Positions 1 to 13,176 of a stretch of 64,000 bases of DNA are shown piece by piece. The translations under genes were made by a program, and so were the position numbers. The notes under the pieces are model-generated. The model saw only the letters and a program-made list of their open reading frames with translations. It ran no database searches and was not told the origin of the DNA. Source of the stretch: Squalus acanthias (Eukaryota); NCBI GenBank assembly GCA_030390025.1, contig CM059431.1:144090001-144154000 (forward strand), in the 5' to 3' direction. The stretch's first letter is position 1, and the number at the start of each line of letters is the position of its first letter.

Positions 1-284
1 TTTAAACCTCTCACAACATATAGCTACAAATCGGTCAAATGTGAACGAGACTGTGAACCACACCGACAAATACAGGGCGACACATTGCAGGTATATAATG
101 ATCTTACAAACGACAGTGTAGGACAGAAAGGAAAGTGGAAAGTGATAACGTAAAATGCGATTCACTAATATATTAACGATCATGACCAGTAGATCTGCTG
201 TTGACATGGCCACCATGTACACAGAGATACATTTTGAAAGGCCGCAGTTTCCTCTGGAGAGAATCACGATCGTCAGTCGGTTCG
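1..284 (-). CDS. GPR139/GPR142-like class A GPCR copy 1, coding exon 2 (partial, runs off window edge)
   Basis: Acceptor ...tctcacAG at 286-285; reads (A)NRLTIVILSRGNCGLSKCISVYMVAMSTADLLVMIVN...VCKIIIYLQCVALYLSVWFTVSFTFDRFVAICCERFK with no stop; TM2 ADL and TM3 DRF motifs. Confidence 0.88.
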
Positions 285-1034
285 CTGTGAGAAGGAGGGA
301 GAAGAGGCCAGTAATTGGGTCATTGAGATAAATCTCACAGATTATTCTGGGGAAATGATCAGATGTGGTCCTATTCAGCGTTATGCGGACGGGTTTTTTC
401 ATTAATTTAGGCGATGGTGAAGACATTTTATTTAAAGGAATGAAATCACTGAACATTCAATATCGAGGGACTGAAAATCCGCCGTCCGTCCAGCAAACTT
501 CATTCAAGTATTAAATATAATTCCACAGCAATTAAAGGAAAGATATAATTCAAATAAAACATTGAACTCCGACAAAAAAAACTTTCAAATTATACTCAAA
601 CGCTGCCGAGAGGAGGGGAGCACCTTCCTGAGTGAAAATTATTTCGTAAAATACCTTTCAAAATCCCCTGTTGGGTGGAGATTTCTGCAGTCCGAATCAT
701 TATCTACTTAATGTAGAAAGGGAACAACGGCACATATGAGGTGATTGTTATGGGCACTGAGCAGCACATTCTTTAGTGAGCTATGTGTTGTTGGAGGGGC
801 CGGGGAATCAGCCTCGCCCTCCCTCAGTATAAGGAGGAACATTGAGCGTCCGGTGCCCGCGACCTAGCGACCAGAACAGTGCCTCGGCGGTCGCGCGGAC
901 GACTGGGATTGCCGCTAATATTCAACGACAGATCCCGGTGAATAAATGACTCTGCAATGTGGACATTCTCGGACTCTCTTACATTAACACTGAGATAGTC
1001 AACAGGTATTAGGCAACAGGATACATTGACTTAC

Positions 1035-1104
1035 CGGGAATGCCAAATGCTGCGAGTATATGGTAGTAAATGTCCAGTATCTGTAAAATTATTGGCCGTA
1101 CCAT
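1035..1104 (-). CDS. GPR139-like GPCR copy 1, coding exon 1 (MVRPIILQILDIYYHILAAFGIP-)
   Basis: ATG at 1104, 70 nt, donor CCG|GTAAG at 1034, phase 1; same layout in all four copies. Confidence 0.85.
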
Positions 1105-1183
1105 TGTTTTGAAGATTTGTGTGAATTCTGCGCTGCTTTACGATTCCGAGTAGAGTGTTTCTGAGATCCGTAAATGCTCCCCC

Positions 1184-1250
1184 TTTATAGAACAATCGGT
1201 GGCCCGGTGAGATAATCAGGTTGCACAATAATTGGCGTTAGTTACAGTCA
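1184..1250 (-). promoter_or_regulatory. GPCR copy 1 proximal promoter: conserved 37-bp motif plus TATAAA
   Basis: TGACTGTAACTAACGCCAATTATTGTGCAACCTGATT (1250-1214) then TATAAA (1189-1184), 85 bp before ATG. Confidence 0.6.
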
Positions 1251-1536
1251 CTTAACAAACAAGCGGCGAATTTCAACCTCAGTGCGCCCAGGGCGCCAAT
1301 GGGGAAATTGAACAGCTTAGTCCATGAAACATCGTCCTTTACATTCAATGAACGGAAAGTAATCGCAGAGGAAATGGACTCTGCGCATGTCCAGTAAACC
1401 TTGAAGGATAAAGCAAACGTCCCTCCGGACACTGCGTTGATTTCTTGGAGCCTCATCTTAATTTGGTGAAATCGTCACTCATCCATTGCTTAATTAAATT
1501 TGTTTTGTACTGTGATGATGAATAATTTGAATCGGA

Positions 1537-2725
1537 TCTAACATTAATGGTGGTGACCCTACTCTAACATTACTGGTGGTGACCCTACTCTAACATTACT
1601 GGTGGTGACGCTACTCTAACATTACTGGTGGTGACCCCACTCTAACATTACTGGTGGTGACTCTACTCTAACATTACTGGTGGTGACCCTACTCTAACAT
1701 TACTGGTGGTGAGTCTACTCAAACATTACTGGTGGTGACGCTACTCCAACTATACTGCTGGTGATTCTGCTCTTACATTACTGGTGCTGACCCTACTCTA
1801 ACATTATTGGTGGTGACACTACTCTGACATTATTGGTGGTGACCCTACACTAACATTACTGGTGGTGACCCTACACTAACATTACTGGTGATGATTCTAC
1901 TCTAACTACACTGGTGGCGACCCTACTCTAACATTACTGGTGGTGACCCTACTCTAACATTATTGATGGTGAACCTACACTAACATTATTGGTGGTGATT
2001 CTACTCTACCATTACTGGTAGTGACTCTACTGTATCATTACTGGTGGTGACTCTACTCTGACAACACTGATGGTGACACTACTCTAACCTTACTGGTGGT
2101 AACCCTACTCTAACATTATTGGTGGTGACCCTACTCTAACATAACTGGTGGTGACCCTACTGTAACATTAATGGTGGTGCCCCTACTCTAACATTACTGG
2201 TGGTGACCCTACTCTAACATTACTGGTGGTAACTCTACTCTAACATTACTGGTGTTGGCTCCACGCTAACTTTACTGGTGGTGATTCTACTCTAACCTTA
2301 TTGGTGTTCACTCTACCCTTACATTACTGGTGGTGAACCTGCTCTAACATTACTGGTGTTGCCCCTATTCTAACAAACTGGTCATGACCCTACTCTAACA
2401 TTACTGCTCGTGCCTGGACACTAACATGACTGGGGGTGACACTACTCAAACATTATTGGTGGTGACCCTACTTTTACATGACTGGGGGTGACCCTACTCT
2501 AACATTAATGGCTTTGGTCCTACTGTTACATTACTTCTGGTGACTCTACGACCATATTACTGGTGCACACATAGCTCTAATATTACTGTAGGTGAACCTA
2601 ATCTAACATTATTCGTGGTGATCGGTCTCTAATATTGCTGGTAGTGACTGTTCCCAAAAGTTACTGCTGGTAATACTCTAAGTTAATGGGTGGTAACTCC
2701 TCTCCAAAATTACTGCTGTTGACAT
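1537..2725. repeat. 26-bp minisatellite upstream of GPCR copy 1
   Basis: Unit ACTCTAACATTACTGGTGGTGACCCT, about 45 copies, degenerating distally. Confidence 0.95.
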
Positions 2726-2734
2726 GTTTTTTTT

Positions 2735-5690
2735 ATTTGTTCATGGCATGTTGTTGTCGCTGTCAAGGCCAGCCTTTATTGCCCATCCCTTTTTGCTCTT
2801 GAAAATTTGGTGGTGAGCCGCCTTCTTAAACCACTGCAGTCCATTTGTTGAAGGTCCTCCCACAGTGCTGTTGGGGAGGGATTTCCAGGATTTTGACTGA
2901 ACGACGACGAAGGAACGGTGATATATTTCGAAGTCTGGATGGTGTGTAACTTGGAGGGGAACTTGCAGGTGGCGGTGTTCCCAATAAGCCTGCTGCTCTT
3001 GTTCTTCCAGGCGGCAGAGGTTGCATGTTTGGGAGGTGCTGTCGAAGAAACTTACATCTTGTAGATGGTACATACTGCAGTCACAATGCACCGGTGGTGG
3101 ACGGAGTGAATGGTTAAAGTGATGGATCGGTGCCAATCAAGCGGTCTGCTTTGTCCTGGATGGTGTTTAGCTTCTTGAGTGTTGTTGGAGCCCCACTCAT
3201 CCAGGCAAGTGGCGAGTATTCTCTCACACTCCTGAATTGTGCCTTGTAGATGGGAGAAAGGATTAGGAGAGTCACCAGATGGGATACTCGCCGCAGAATA
3301 CCCGATCTCTGATCTGGTTTTGCAGCCACATTATTTATGTGGCTCATACTGTTAAGATTCTGGTCATTGGTGTCCCCTACGATGTTTGTGGTGGAGGTTT
3401 CGATGATGGTAATGTCGTTGAATGTCAAGGGGAGGTGTTTGCACTCTCTCTTTATTGAGTTTGTCATTTCCTGGCACATGTCTGTCAGCAATGGTTTCAG
3501 CCCAAGCCTGCAAGTTGTCCTGGTCTCGCTGCATGTGGGCTTCATTGTCCCAGGAACTGCGAATAGAACAGAACACTCTGCAATCAGCAGCGAACATCCT
3601 GACTCTTCTGTTCTTATGATTGCCGGACTTCAATGATGAAGCTGCTGAAGATGTTCGGGTCTCGGACACTGCCCTGAGGAAATCTTGAGCGATGCTCTGA
3701 GACTGATATGACTGACCTGCAACAATCTTCCTTTTTGCTCGGTATGACTCCAGCCAGTGAACTCCTTTCCACCTGAACCCCATTTACATCAATTTTACCA
3801 GGGCTGATGGATGTCACACTCGGTCAAATGCTTGTTGATGTCTGGGCAATCACTGTTCCCTCACCTCTGGACTTCTGATCCTTTGTCCATTTTTGGACAA
3901 AGCTGTAATGAGAACTGGAGCCATGTGATCCTGGCTGAACAAAACTGAACATCGGTTAGCAGGTTATTGATCAGCAAGGGATGCTTGATAGAAATGACGA
4001 CGACACCTTCCATCACTTTGTTGATAATTGTGAGTAAGGTGATGAGACGGTAATTGGCCGAATTTGATTTGTCCTGTTTTTTGTGGACAGGACATTCCGG
4101 GGTAATTGTTCACTATGTCGGTAGATGCCATTGTTGTAGTTGCACTGAAACAGCTTGGCTAGAAGAGCAGCTGGATCTGGAGCACAAATTTGCAGCACCA
4201 CAGCCGAGATGGTGTCGGGCCACAGCCTTTGCCGTATCTAGTGCGCTCAGTCGTTTTTTGATGTTACGTGGGTGTGAATCGAATAGACTGAAAATGACAT
4301 TATGAAGGTGGCGACCTCAGGAGGAAGCCGAGATGGATCATCAACTCGGCAATACTGGCTGAAGATGGTTGCGAACGCTTCTGCATTGTTCTTTGCACTC
4401 CCATGCTTGGCTCCGTCGTCATCATTAAGGATGGGGATATTAATTGACCCTCCTCCTCCTATTATTTGTTTAATTATTCACCGCCATTAACGACAGGATG
4501 TGGCAGGACTGCAGAACTTTATCTGATGCGTTAGGTGTGGGATCGCGGAGCTCTGTCTATAGCATGGTGCCTCCGTTGTTAACATGCATGTTGTCCTGTG
4601 TTTCAGCTTCCCCAGGTTGGAAGCTTATTTTTAAGATACGCCTGGTGCTGCTCCTGGCATGCTCTTCTACACTCTTCATTGAACCAGTGTTGGTCCCCTG
4701 GCTTGATGGTAACAGCAGAGTGAGTGATATGCCGCACCATGTGTTTACAGATTCAGGTGGAATACAATGCTGCTGCTGATGGCCCACAGCGCCTCACGGA
4801 GCCCAGCTTTGAGCTGCTAGATCTTTTCTGAATCTATCCCATTTAGCACGGGATTCCAAATCCAGAAGGACTGTGCGCTGGTCACTGCTACCAATGCTGT
4901 CATGGTCAGATGCATCTGCAACAGGTAAATGGTGAGGACGAGGTCAAGTAGTTTTTACCCTCGTGATTGTTCTCTCACCACCTGTCAAAAGCTCAGTCCG
5001 GCAGCCAACGTCCAAGGCTCCTCCATCACTATTTCTGGGTAGGTGCTGTCCCACCAGCAGGACAGACCTCCAATAGGTGCCAGCACAGTGGTATACAGTC
5101 GTGAAGGTGTTGTACTGGGAGTACTCAACATTGACATCGGACCTCATGAATTCTCTTGCCATCAGGTCAAATATGGGAAAGGAATCCTCTTGCTGATTGC
5201 CACCTACCGGGCTCCGTCAGTGATGAATCAGTACTCTTTCATGTTGAACACCACTTGGAAGAAGCACTGAGGGCACAGAGTGTTCTCTGGAAGGCGGACT
5301 TAATTGTCCAAAACCAATACTGTCTCAGTAGCACCACTACTGACCGAGTTGGCCGACTCCAGAAGTACAAAGCTGCCAGACTGAGCTTGGGGCCGGTGGT
5401 GAGAGAAATAACACGAGGGAAAACCTACTTGACCTTGTCCTCAACAATCTACCTGTCTAAAGGCATCTGTTCATGGCAGTATATTTAGGAGAGACCACCG
5501 CACAGTTCTTGTCGAGACGAAGTGCCGTCTATACACTGCGGGCAACCTCCAACGTGTTGTGTGGCACTACCACCTTGCTAAATGATTCAGAACAGATTTA
5601 GCAGCTCAAAACGTAGCCTCTACGAGGCACTGTGGGCCATCAGCAGCAACAAAATTGTATACCACCACAATCTGTAAAGTCATGGTGCAA
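2735..5690 (-). mobile_element. CR1/L2-group LINE remnant (endonuclease + RT fragments, 3' tail at left)
   Basis: Broken ORFs with MFAAD/FADD-like RT motif, EYSPLAWM...LNTIQDKA C-terminal block; A-rich tail near 2735; 4860-5690 looks like an inverted (+) endonuclease segment. Confidence 0.8.
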
Positions 5691-5756
5691 GAATATCATG
5701 CATTAATTGGATTTTAGAATATTGATTTAATATCTTATAATAATAAATATTTAAAA

Positions 5757-6790
5757 TCATAGAATCATAGAATGGTTACAGCACGGAAGGAGGCCATTCG
5801 GCCCGTCGAGCCCGTGCTGGCTCTCTGCAAGCGCACTTCAGCTAGTCCCTCTCTCCCGTCCTTTCATTGTAGCCCTGCAATTGTTTTCCTTCAGGTACTT
5901 ATCCAATTCCCTTTTGAAAGCCCCGATTGATTCTGCCTCCACCAGCCTTTCAGGCAGTGCATTCCATATCCTAACCACTCGCTGCATAAAAAAGTTATTT
6001 CTCATGTCGCTTTTGTTTCTTTTGCCAATCACCTTAAATCTGTGTCTTCTGGTTCTCGACCCTTAAGCCAATGGGAACAGTTTCTCTCTATCTACTCTGT
6101 CTAGACACCTCATAATTTTGAATATATCTGTCAAATCTCCTTTCAACCTTCTCTGCTGTAAGGAGAACAACCCCAGTGTTTCTAGTCTATCCACGTAACT
6201 GAAGTCCCTCGTCACTGGATCATTCACGGAATTATTTTCTGCAACATCTCTGAGGCCTTCACAATCTTGCTGAAGTGCGGCACCCAGAATTGGACAAATA
6301 CTCCAGTTCATGCCGAACCAGTGTTTTATAAAGTTTCATTATAACTTCATTGCTATTGTACTCTATGCCTCTATTTATGAAGCCCAGGATTCCGTATGTT
6401 TCTTTAACCGCTTTCTCAACCTGCCCTGCCAGCTTCAACTATTTGAGCACATATACCCTCAGGACTCTCTATTCATGCACCCACTTTAGAATTGTACCCT
6501 TTAGTTTATATTGCCTCTCCTCGTTCTTCCTAACAAAATGTAACACTTTGCACTTTTCTGCGTTAAATTTCAACTGCCACGTTCCCGCACATTTCATCAG
6601 CCTGTCTATGTCTTCCACAAGTCTCTATCCTCCTCACTGTTCACTATACCTGAAAGTTTAGTGTCAGCTGCAAATTTTGAAATTGTTCCCTGTATACCCA
6701 AGTTCAAGTCATTAATATATATCAAGAAAAGCAGTGATCCTAGTACCGACCTCTGGGGAACACCACTGTATAACTGCCTCCAGACCAATC
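5757..6790 (-). mobile_element. CR1 LINE 3' fragment
   Basis: SGVPQRSVLGSLLFLIYINDL...SKFAADTKL, FFMQRVVRIWNALP; (TTCTATGA)n-type tail at 5757-5775. Confidence 0.9.
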
Positions 6791-6891
6791 ATCTGTAATG
6801 AGGTTATAATCGTGTGTATGAATTAAATGTAGAAATCTGTTATCATCATATTTATGCAATGGTAACCCGAATTATATATTACATGTAATCA

Positions 6892-7272
6892 TGACCCGCT
6901 TCTCAATCTAACAATGGCAGCCACGCTTCTTGATACACTTCCAAAAGCCATAACATACAAAACTCAGCACAGTCATCACATCATAAGCGACTCGTATGGT
7001 CTCTAAAAACAACTTGTTTAGAATTTTACAATGTTAGCGAAACTTATCCTTTACTTCTGCTTTTTGTTGGGCATCTGCACTGTGAGGTTTCATTCTTACA
7101 AATATCTATACTGCAGCCTAAGCAGTTGGTCTTTATCTAATTATACCCCTGTCTCCATGCCTTCGGGAGACACTTTGACCTTTACTATAGTCCTTTAATC
7201 AGTTCAACTAATCTTAAACATTACAACTTATTTGCCCTTACATTATTACAATTATATTTTTCAACTCTTACT
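6892..7272 (-). repeat. ERV 3' LTR (truncated at its 3' end)
   Basis: Aligns by eye with 12740-13176; preceded on the minus strand by purine-rich AATAGGAGGGAC (7273-7284). Confidence 0.85.
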
Positions 7273-7790
7273 GTCCCTCCTATTGGTCCCTGGCCAAAGC
7301 TTGATTTGTCCTGGGGATCATCATACCATGGTTATAACGGCGGCACTCAGTTTCTTATGCTCTGTTGACGAGATCTTTGACGATGTTATTGTTTCACAGT
7401 CCAATGTAATTGAGAACGCGCTCGGGAGAACGAGAGAGAAAGACACCCCGGAAGAGGTTGAGCTGCACAGTCCAGTCACATCATGACTGTTGAGCTATTC
7501 GTACCATTTAGGTTAGGTTCTTCCGCTCCTCTTCCGGCTTTTTTCCTCTATCCTCCATCCTCCGCCTGACTTGTCATGAACATGTCCTTCTCTTTGAAAT
7601 ATCGATGATCCATTTCTTCCGTGTGTAGATGTATTCCTTGTAGTTTAAAGTTGTTCCCTTCTTCATCTGTTTGTCTGTTTCTTCTTGTGTCATATGCAAC
7701 AAACAATGGTTTGTCCCTATTGTACTCTATCTCTAAAGTTTTACAAATGCATTAATACAAACGTTACCCGCACGTAAGCATTTTCCTTTC

Positions 7791-8300
7791 TTAGAATAAC
7801 AGAGATCTATCTTTTATGTTACGATACACCTGCCCCACTGTTGCTGCTGGAACGACATATTTTGCCATTTGGGCGCAGCAACATTTCAACAATAAAACCA
7901 GACCATACATCACTAATATTATAACAAAGAACAAAATCAATCCTTGTACTACTGATGTCCCGAGTGATCCCAAACATCCAGTTGTCCAGCCCCAAAGGGT
8001 GGATGCCGGAGGTTGTTTTAACTTTTTTCTTTTCCCTGTATGTGTTCTGCCAAGTTAGTTATTTCTTCTGAGCTGTCTGGTATGTAGGTACAACATTCTG
8101 TACCTATTAGGGCACAGGTTCCTCCTTTTTCTGCCAACACATAGTCAAGGGCCATGTTAATGGATTCCCTTGCCAATTTAACCATAACTCTCTTTTGGCC
8201 CGTGGGGGTACTCTAGCCTGAGTCCTCCCGAGGCTACATATTATGTTTACACAAACAAGCAAACTACACATGATATCGCGTAACAAGTTCATCTTATCAA
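7791..8300 (-). pseudogene. env: ERV env remnant, gamma-type TM
   Basis: RAKR furin site, then across a frameshift MALDYVLAEKGGTCALIGTECCTYIPD (immunosuppressive domain + CX6CC), then hydrophobic anchor GLILFFVIILVMYGLVLLLKCCC. Confidence 0.85.
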
Positions 8301-8716
8301 TTTATGCTAACAATGTCCCAAAGGCTATATCGCAATCCTAACCACTTTGTTGCTTGTAAATTCTATTTTCCTGTGGGGTTGAATGGAATATTGTTATTAA
8401 TTTGGTTCCTCAATCACAAACATTTGGATTCCATCCTCCTGCTCGACTGGTTGGAGTTGACGGGACCATACCCATACATATTTCAGGATATATCCCAAGG
8501 TATATCCTATCAAGATAATACATATAATCCAAACCAGTGTTTGTGTCAGCGTCCATTCCCATTCGTAATATTATCTAGCATATTCTTCACTTTCTACAAA
8601 AGGTAATTGTTCTGGTGTAGCCAATTTAAATTGGTGAAGGGTCATAGGCTTTCAGCTGTGTCCAGTGCATCCATCGTCCCAAGCCTTTTATATTAATGCA
8701 AGCACACGTATCCCGA

Positions 8717-10130
8717 CTAATTAAAATCTGATATGGTCCCGACCATTTTTGGGGCGAACCCGGGTTTTCGTGGTAGACTCTTAACCTTTACCTTGGTCCC
8801 CGCTGGAGCGATATATGGAAATACGGTCAATTCCAAATCTGTATCTCTTTCTTCCTGTCTTTCCCTAGTTTGCTGTTTCATTTCTTTTAATTGGTTACTC
8901 TTTTCCAGGACATATCTGCGGAGTTTATCCTTTAGGGGACCCACATCTTCTCCTCCAGTCATTATACCATGGGGGAGCTGCATTGCCCTCCCCGTCGTTC
9001 GCTCATATGGTGATAGGCCCGTGGTTCGATTTGGGGTGGCTCTTAGTTTCATTAATACTGTGGGTAGCACATCCACCCACCGTTGCTGTTGTTCCCCCAA
9101 TGCTTTGGCTACCGCTGTTTTTAAGGTGCGATTCATTCTTTCTACCATGCCAGGACTTTGAGGATGGTATGGGATGTGGAATTTCTGTTTTATTGACCCC
9201 CTTCCTGTATGGGCACTTCCATGATGTAGTTCTAAAAGTATCTGTCTGATGCACGCGGGGGCTATCACCTTTCCATTCTTTCGCCATATTGCCTCTTCAT
9301 CTGGTCTACCCCCTACTCGGTACCATTCCTGTCTTTCGTCTTCTGGGGCGTCTGCATGCAATTTACTGATATCTGTTCCCTCTACCTGTGCACTAGCTAC
9401 GTTCCCTTCAACCATTTCTTGTTCAAGAGCTCGCTGTGCTGCTAGATCAGCAGCCTGGTTCCCTTTTGCTCCTGATTCTGTATCTTCTGGTGCATTTTTA
9501 TTTTTATTACTGCAGCTTGTTCTGGGGCTTTTGTGCCTTCCAAGAGGGCCTCTATTCGCTGCTGGTGTTTTATGTGATCCCCTCCGGTTGTCACAAACCC
9601 CCTTCTCCCCCAAGCTGTCATATAATCGTGTACCACTCCGAATGCATATCTACTATCCATGTAGATGTTTACTGTCTTTCCCCTTGCTAATTCTAGCTCC
9701 TTTGTTAACGCTACTATCTCGGCTACTTGTGCCGACAAGCCTCCGTCTAACCTTCCCGACATTTCTGTTTCCAACTGATCATTAACTACTGCCCATCCTG
9801 GCCGGGGAGATCCCTCTACATATTTCCAGGACTCGTCTACGTATAGTGTCATCTGAGCTTCCTCCAGCGGTTCGTCATGCACGAGGGTTTCGTCTAGTCC
9901 CCTCTGTCTCTGAGCACTGATGGGGGCTTCCCTCACTCAGGATGCCTTCCGCGGGGTTTTCCCCTGTATCTCGAATTACCTTAACTGGCTGGTCTATCGG
10001 CAGCAGGACTGCTTCCCATCGAGCTCGCAGCAAATTGGAAACTGACCGTAGTTTCCCGGTATTCAACATCTCTACCAGTGTATGCCGAGTGTGTAAGACG
10101 ATATCCCCTGTCATCACAGTTGGTTCGTTA
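8717..10130 (-). pseudogene. pol: ERV pol remnant: connection domain, RNase H and deleted integrase
   Basis: YVDES...SAQVAEIVAL...NIYMDSRYAFGVVHD; KGNQAADLAA; HHGSAH; FHIPYHPQSPGMVERMNRTLK; frameshifts and internal deletion. Confidence 0.9.
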
Positions 10131-10139
10131 CTCTAACTC

Positions 10140-10712
10140 TGCATCTCTGTCCTACATTATTCTTAGCGCATATTATACAACGGTGACAATATTTCGCCAC
10201 CTCTCGACCCATCTTTGACCACTACCAGTGTGTGTCACGAGGGGCAACATGTTACTTCTGACGGTATGTGTTACACCATGGTACAGCCCCATCAGTTGTT
10301 GTCTGCAACATTCCGGTGCCACCACCTGGTTTCCTGGGCCCCATCTCCAAATTCCATCTCGTAACTGTGCGCCAGCTTGTTTTTATCTCTCTTTTTTCCT
10401 CTTTACTAGTATTTTCTTGTACCTCCACTATATTCGCTTCCTGTACCCCACTGGCTGTCATGACCATATTTATCTCGTGTTTAAACGCGGCTTCTGGTTT
10501 AAGTTCCTCCGTGGCTAGTTTTGCGGCCAAATCTGCATACCGATTTCCAATGGGAGCCTGATCCTGAGGCTCCTATGAGTCCATGTCTATCTTCGTGTGG
10601 GCCTTTATTTTAATTACCGCGGTTTCTAAAGGTGCCTGTGTCGCCTTAACTAGCCTTTCTATTAGCTTTCCATGTTTTACTACCTTTCAGTGGAGGTCAT
10701 ATAACTCCTTCT
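10140..10712 (-). pseudogene. Second, divergent RNase H C-terminus and integrase N-terminus remnant
   Basis: KHGKLIERLVKATQAPLETAVIKIKAHTK...GNRYADLAAKLA, then GIWRWGPGNQVVAPECCRQQLMGLYHGVTH. Confidence 0.75.
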
Positions 10713-12615
10713 GTTAATATTCCGGATGCTGGGTTTATTCCAGTATGTTTTTGTATTAATACTGATCCATCTCTTGGTCAGAGGATTGTTTCCCACTTTG
10801 CTTTTCGGCTATCTGATATAGTTCTGTTTAAGAGCCCAAGGGGTTAATTTATCAAATCTTAATGTTCCTTCCATCACTGAGGGGAAACACTAACTTAAAA
10901 TTAGGACACTTAAATTTAATAATGTCCAATATCTTTAAATTTCGTTCAGCCATACTAAAGTTCTTGCTTACAACTGGAGAAAAATTAGTTTTTTCACTTT
11001 TAAACAAATTGCTTCGGAGGATTCCACCATAGCAACCGCAACTCCAAGGTTAAATCTTAGACTGAAACTTAATCTTTTATTAACCAAACTTTATGTTTTT
11101 CTTCTCAGTTTTTATACACCAGCTTAACTTAAATTGTAGTTTGAAGTTTTGTTTCAATTCTGGGTGCACAATCTTATTCACAAATTTACAACAACCAGAA
11201 TTTCACCGTGGCCACAATGAAAGTCTGGTTTTAATAGGTTAATTCACCTCTAACTCCAATTCAATCCAGATCAGTTATTTTAAACTAACCAGTATCACTT
11301 GGAAAAGAAATAAACCACATTAACAAAGAAACAATTACTCATGCCTTGCAAACATTCAAATTCATTTTCACCCAGGCACATTGGCAACTGTGACTTCAAG
11401 GCTGAAGCTTATCTTTTGTAAAACAATTAACAAACTTAAAACAACACACACTTGTCCGTCATTCAAGACAGGTCTTCAAAGGGTTAAACAGCTTTTAGCT
11501 CTCTGTGCAAAAGAGTGGGTGGAGCTAAAACAAAAATTACTTCCACTTTTTTTTTTAAACAGACTTTCAGTCAAAAGAAATACTCTAACTTCTTAAAAAT
11601 TCACAGTCAGTGAAACTTTTAAATTTAACACACACTTTCACACAAACTGAGAACCCAGCATTTTTTAAGGTTCCTGTCACTTAGCAAATCTTGAGTTTTA
11701 TTTTTCTCGGCACAAATATTAATAACTTCCATGTCGTTTTGTTTCCTGACTAATACCCTTTCTTAATCATCTTCCCTTGGTTAATTGTTGTCAGAGGAAT
11801 GTCTCTTCCTTACTCCTGCAGATTGAGACCGTACTTGCAACCTCCTTTGTATAATAATAGCTCTTGTTCTAATTCAAGAATACTTTCAATTTTACTTGCA
11901 AGTTTAGTGTGGAGTCGCTGCACCTTGTTTGTTAATGCGACTAATTGGTTTACTAGTATTACCCTCGCCTTTTTCCTCTTTTTCTGTTTTTGATCCTCTA
12001 CCACTCTCTTTTACCTTCCGATTCAGGAGCGGGTCCCAGCCCTCCTTTATCATCTTATCAACTAAACCCTTCTGGTCGTCTATATAGAACCTAGTAAGGG
12101 CACCATTCGTCCCTATTCTATTTATTTCCCCAACGCGAAATATAGTCCAACTTACAGTCTTATCAAATGCTGAGTTCCTCTACCCAGATTTTTGTTGATA
12201 CTTTAAAGACTTTCAAGCGGTTACATAGTCACATTACACACACACATATATTAATTGACTTCACAATCCCAGGGTACTTTGGTTCTCTACGCCTACTTGA
12301 TCCTGGCCATTACGTGGGGCCCAATCGCAATCTTGATTCCAGCTCAGGCTAGGTGTGTGAGACAGGCAGACTCCTTGTCCGTGTCGAACAGTCAATTACT
12401 CATACCTTCGTGACATTTATCGCTACACAGTGTTCCCTTAGTACACGCGATCCACGCTCACACAACTGTGTTCTCCTACCTCTAACAGACTTTCACTTGA
12501 TTTGTGATGCTATGGCACTGTCTCTCCGCCGTCCCAAGCGATTCATTTTCTGGACGGGTAAAATTTGACTTCTCGTCCGGCTTCACTGGTATGGGCGGTC
12601 TTTCTGTCCCAGAGC

Positions 12616-12633
12616 ATCCTGCCGACTATGCCA
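12616..12633 (-). other. ERV primer-binding site, tRNA-Ser
   Basis: TGGCATAGTCGGCAGGAT 2 nt after the LTR end; complementary to the tRNA-Ser 3' end ATCCTGCCGACTACGCCA with one mismatch. Confidence 0.85.
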
Positions 12634-12635
12634 AT

Positions 12636-13176
12636 TGTTGGTGAAAAATTAATTCACTTGAGTCTTTCTTAAAGCAAAAGATCACAGTTTATTATTCAGA
12701 GCGCTCTGGGAGAAAGGTCACAGCCTGCGGCCAAGTGACCAGCTTCTCAATCTAACAGTGGTCGCCCAAGCTTCTTTATACACTTCCAGAAGCCAGAAAA
12801 TACAAACCTCAGCACAGTTATTACATCATATGCGACCCTTATGGTCTCTAAAAACAACTTGTTTAGAATCTTACAATGTTAGAGAAACTCCTTTATACTT
12901 CTGCTTTTGGTTAGCAAACTGCGCTGCAGGGTTCCATTCTTACTCCTATTTCAGGTTAGTTTATAGAAAACAATGATTCACATTTTTGTTCTGCAGTGTC
13001 TGCATTATCTACACTACAGCCTAAGCAAGTTGGTCTTTTATCTAATTATACCCTGTCTCCATGCCTAAGGGAGATACTCTGACCTTTACTATAGCCCTTT
13101 AAGCAGTTCAACTAATCTTAAACATTACAACTGATTTGCCCTTACATTATTACAATTATATTTTTTTACTCTTACA
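12636..13176 (-). repeat. ERV 5' LTR (541 bp)
   Basis: TG...CA ends on minus strand, TATAAA at 12780-12775, AATAAA at 12693-12688. Confidence 0.88.

Larger units (their letters stand above)
6892..13176 (-). mobile_element. Endogenous retrovirus, internally deleted provirus
   Basis: Two diverged LTRs, tRNA-Ser PBS, purine-rich tract, RNase H, integrase and env TM remnants; no recognisable RT. Confidence 0.9.

Noticed and set aside
1537..2725. CRISPR-like periodicity
   Set aside because: Head-to-tail 26-bp units with no unique spacers, no cas genes, eukaryotic context
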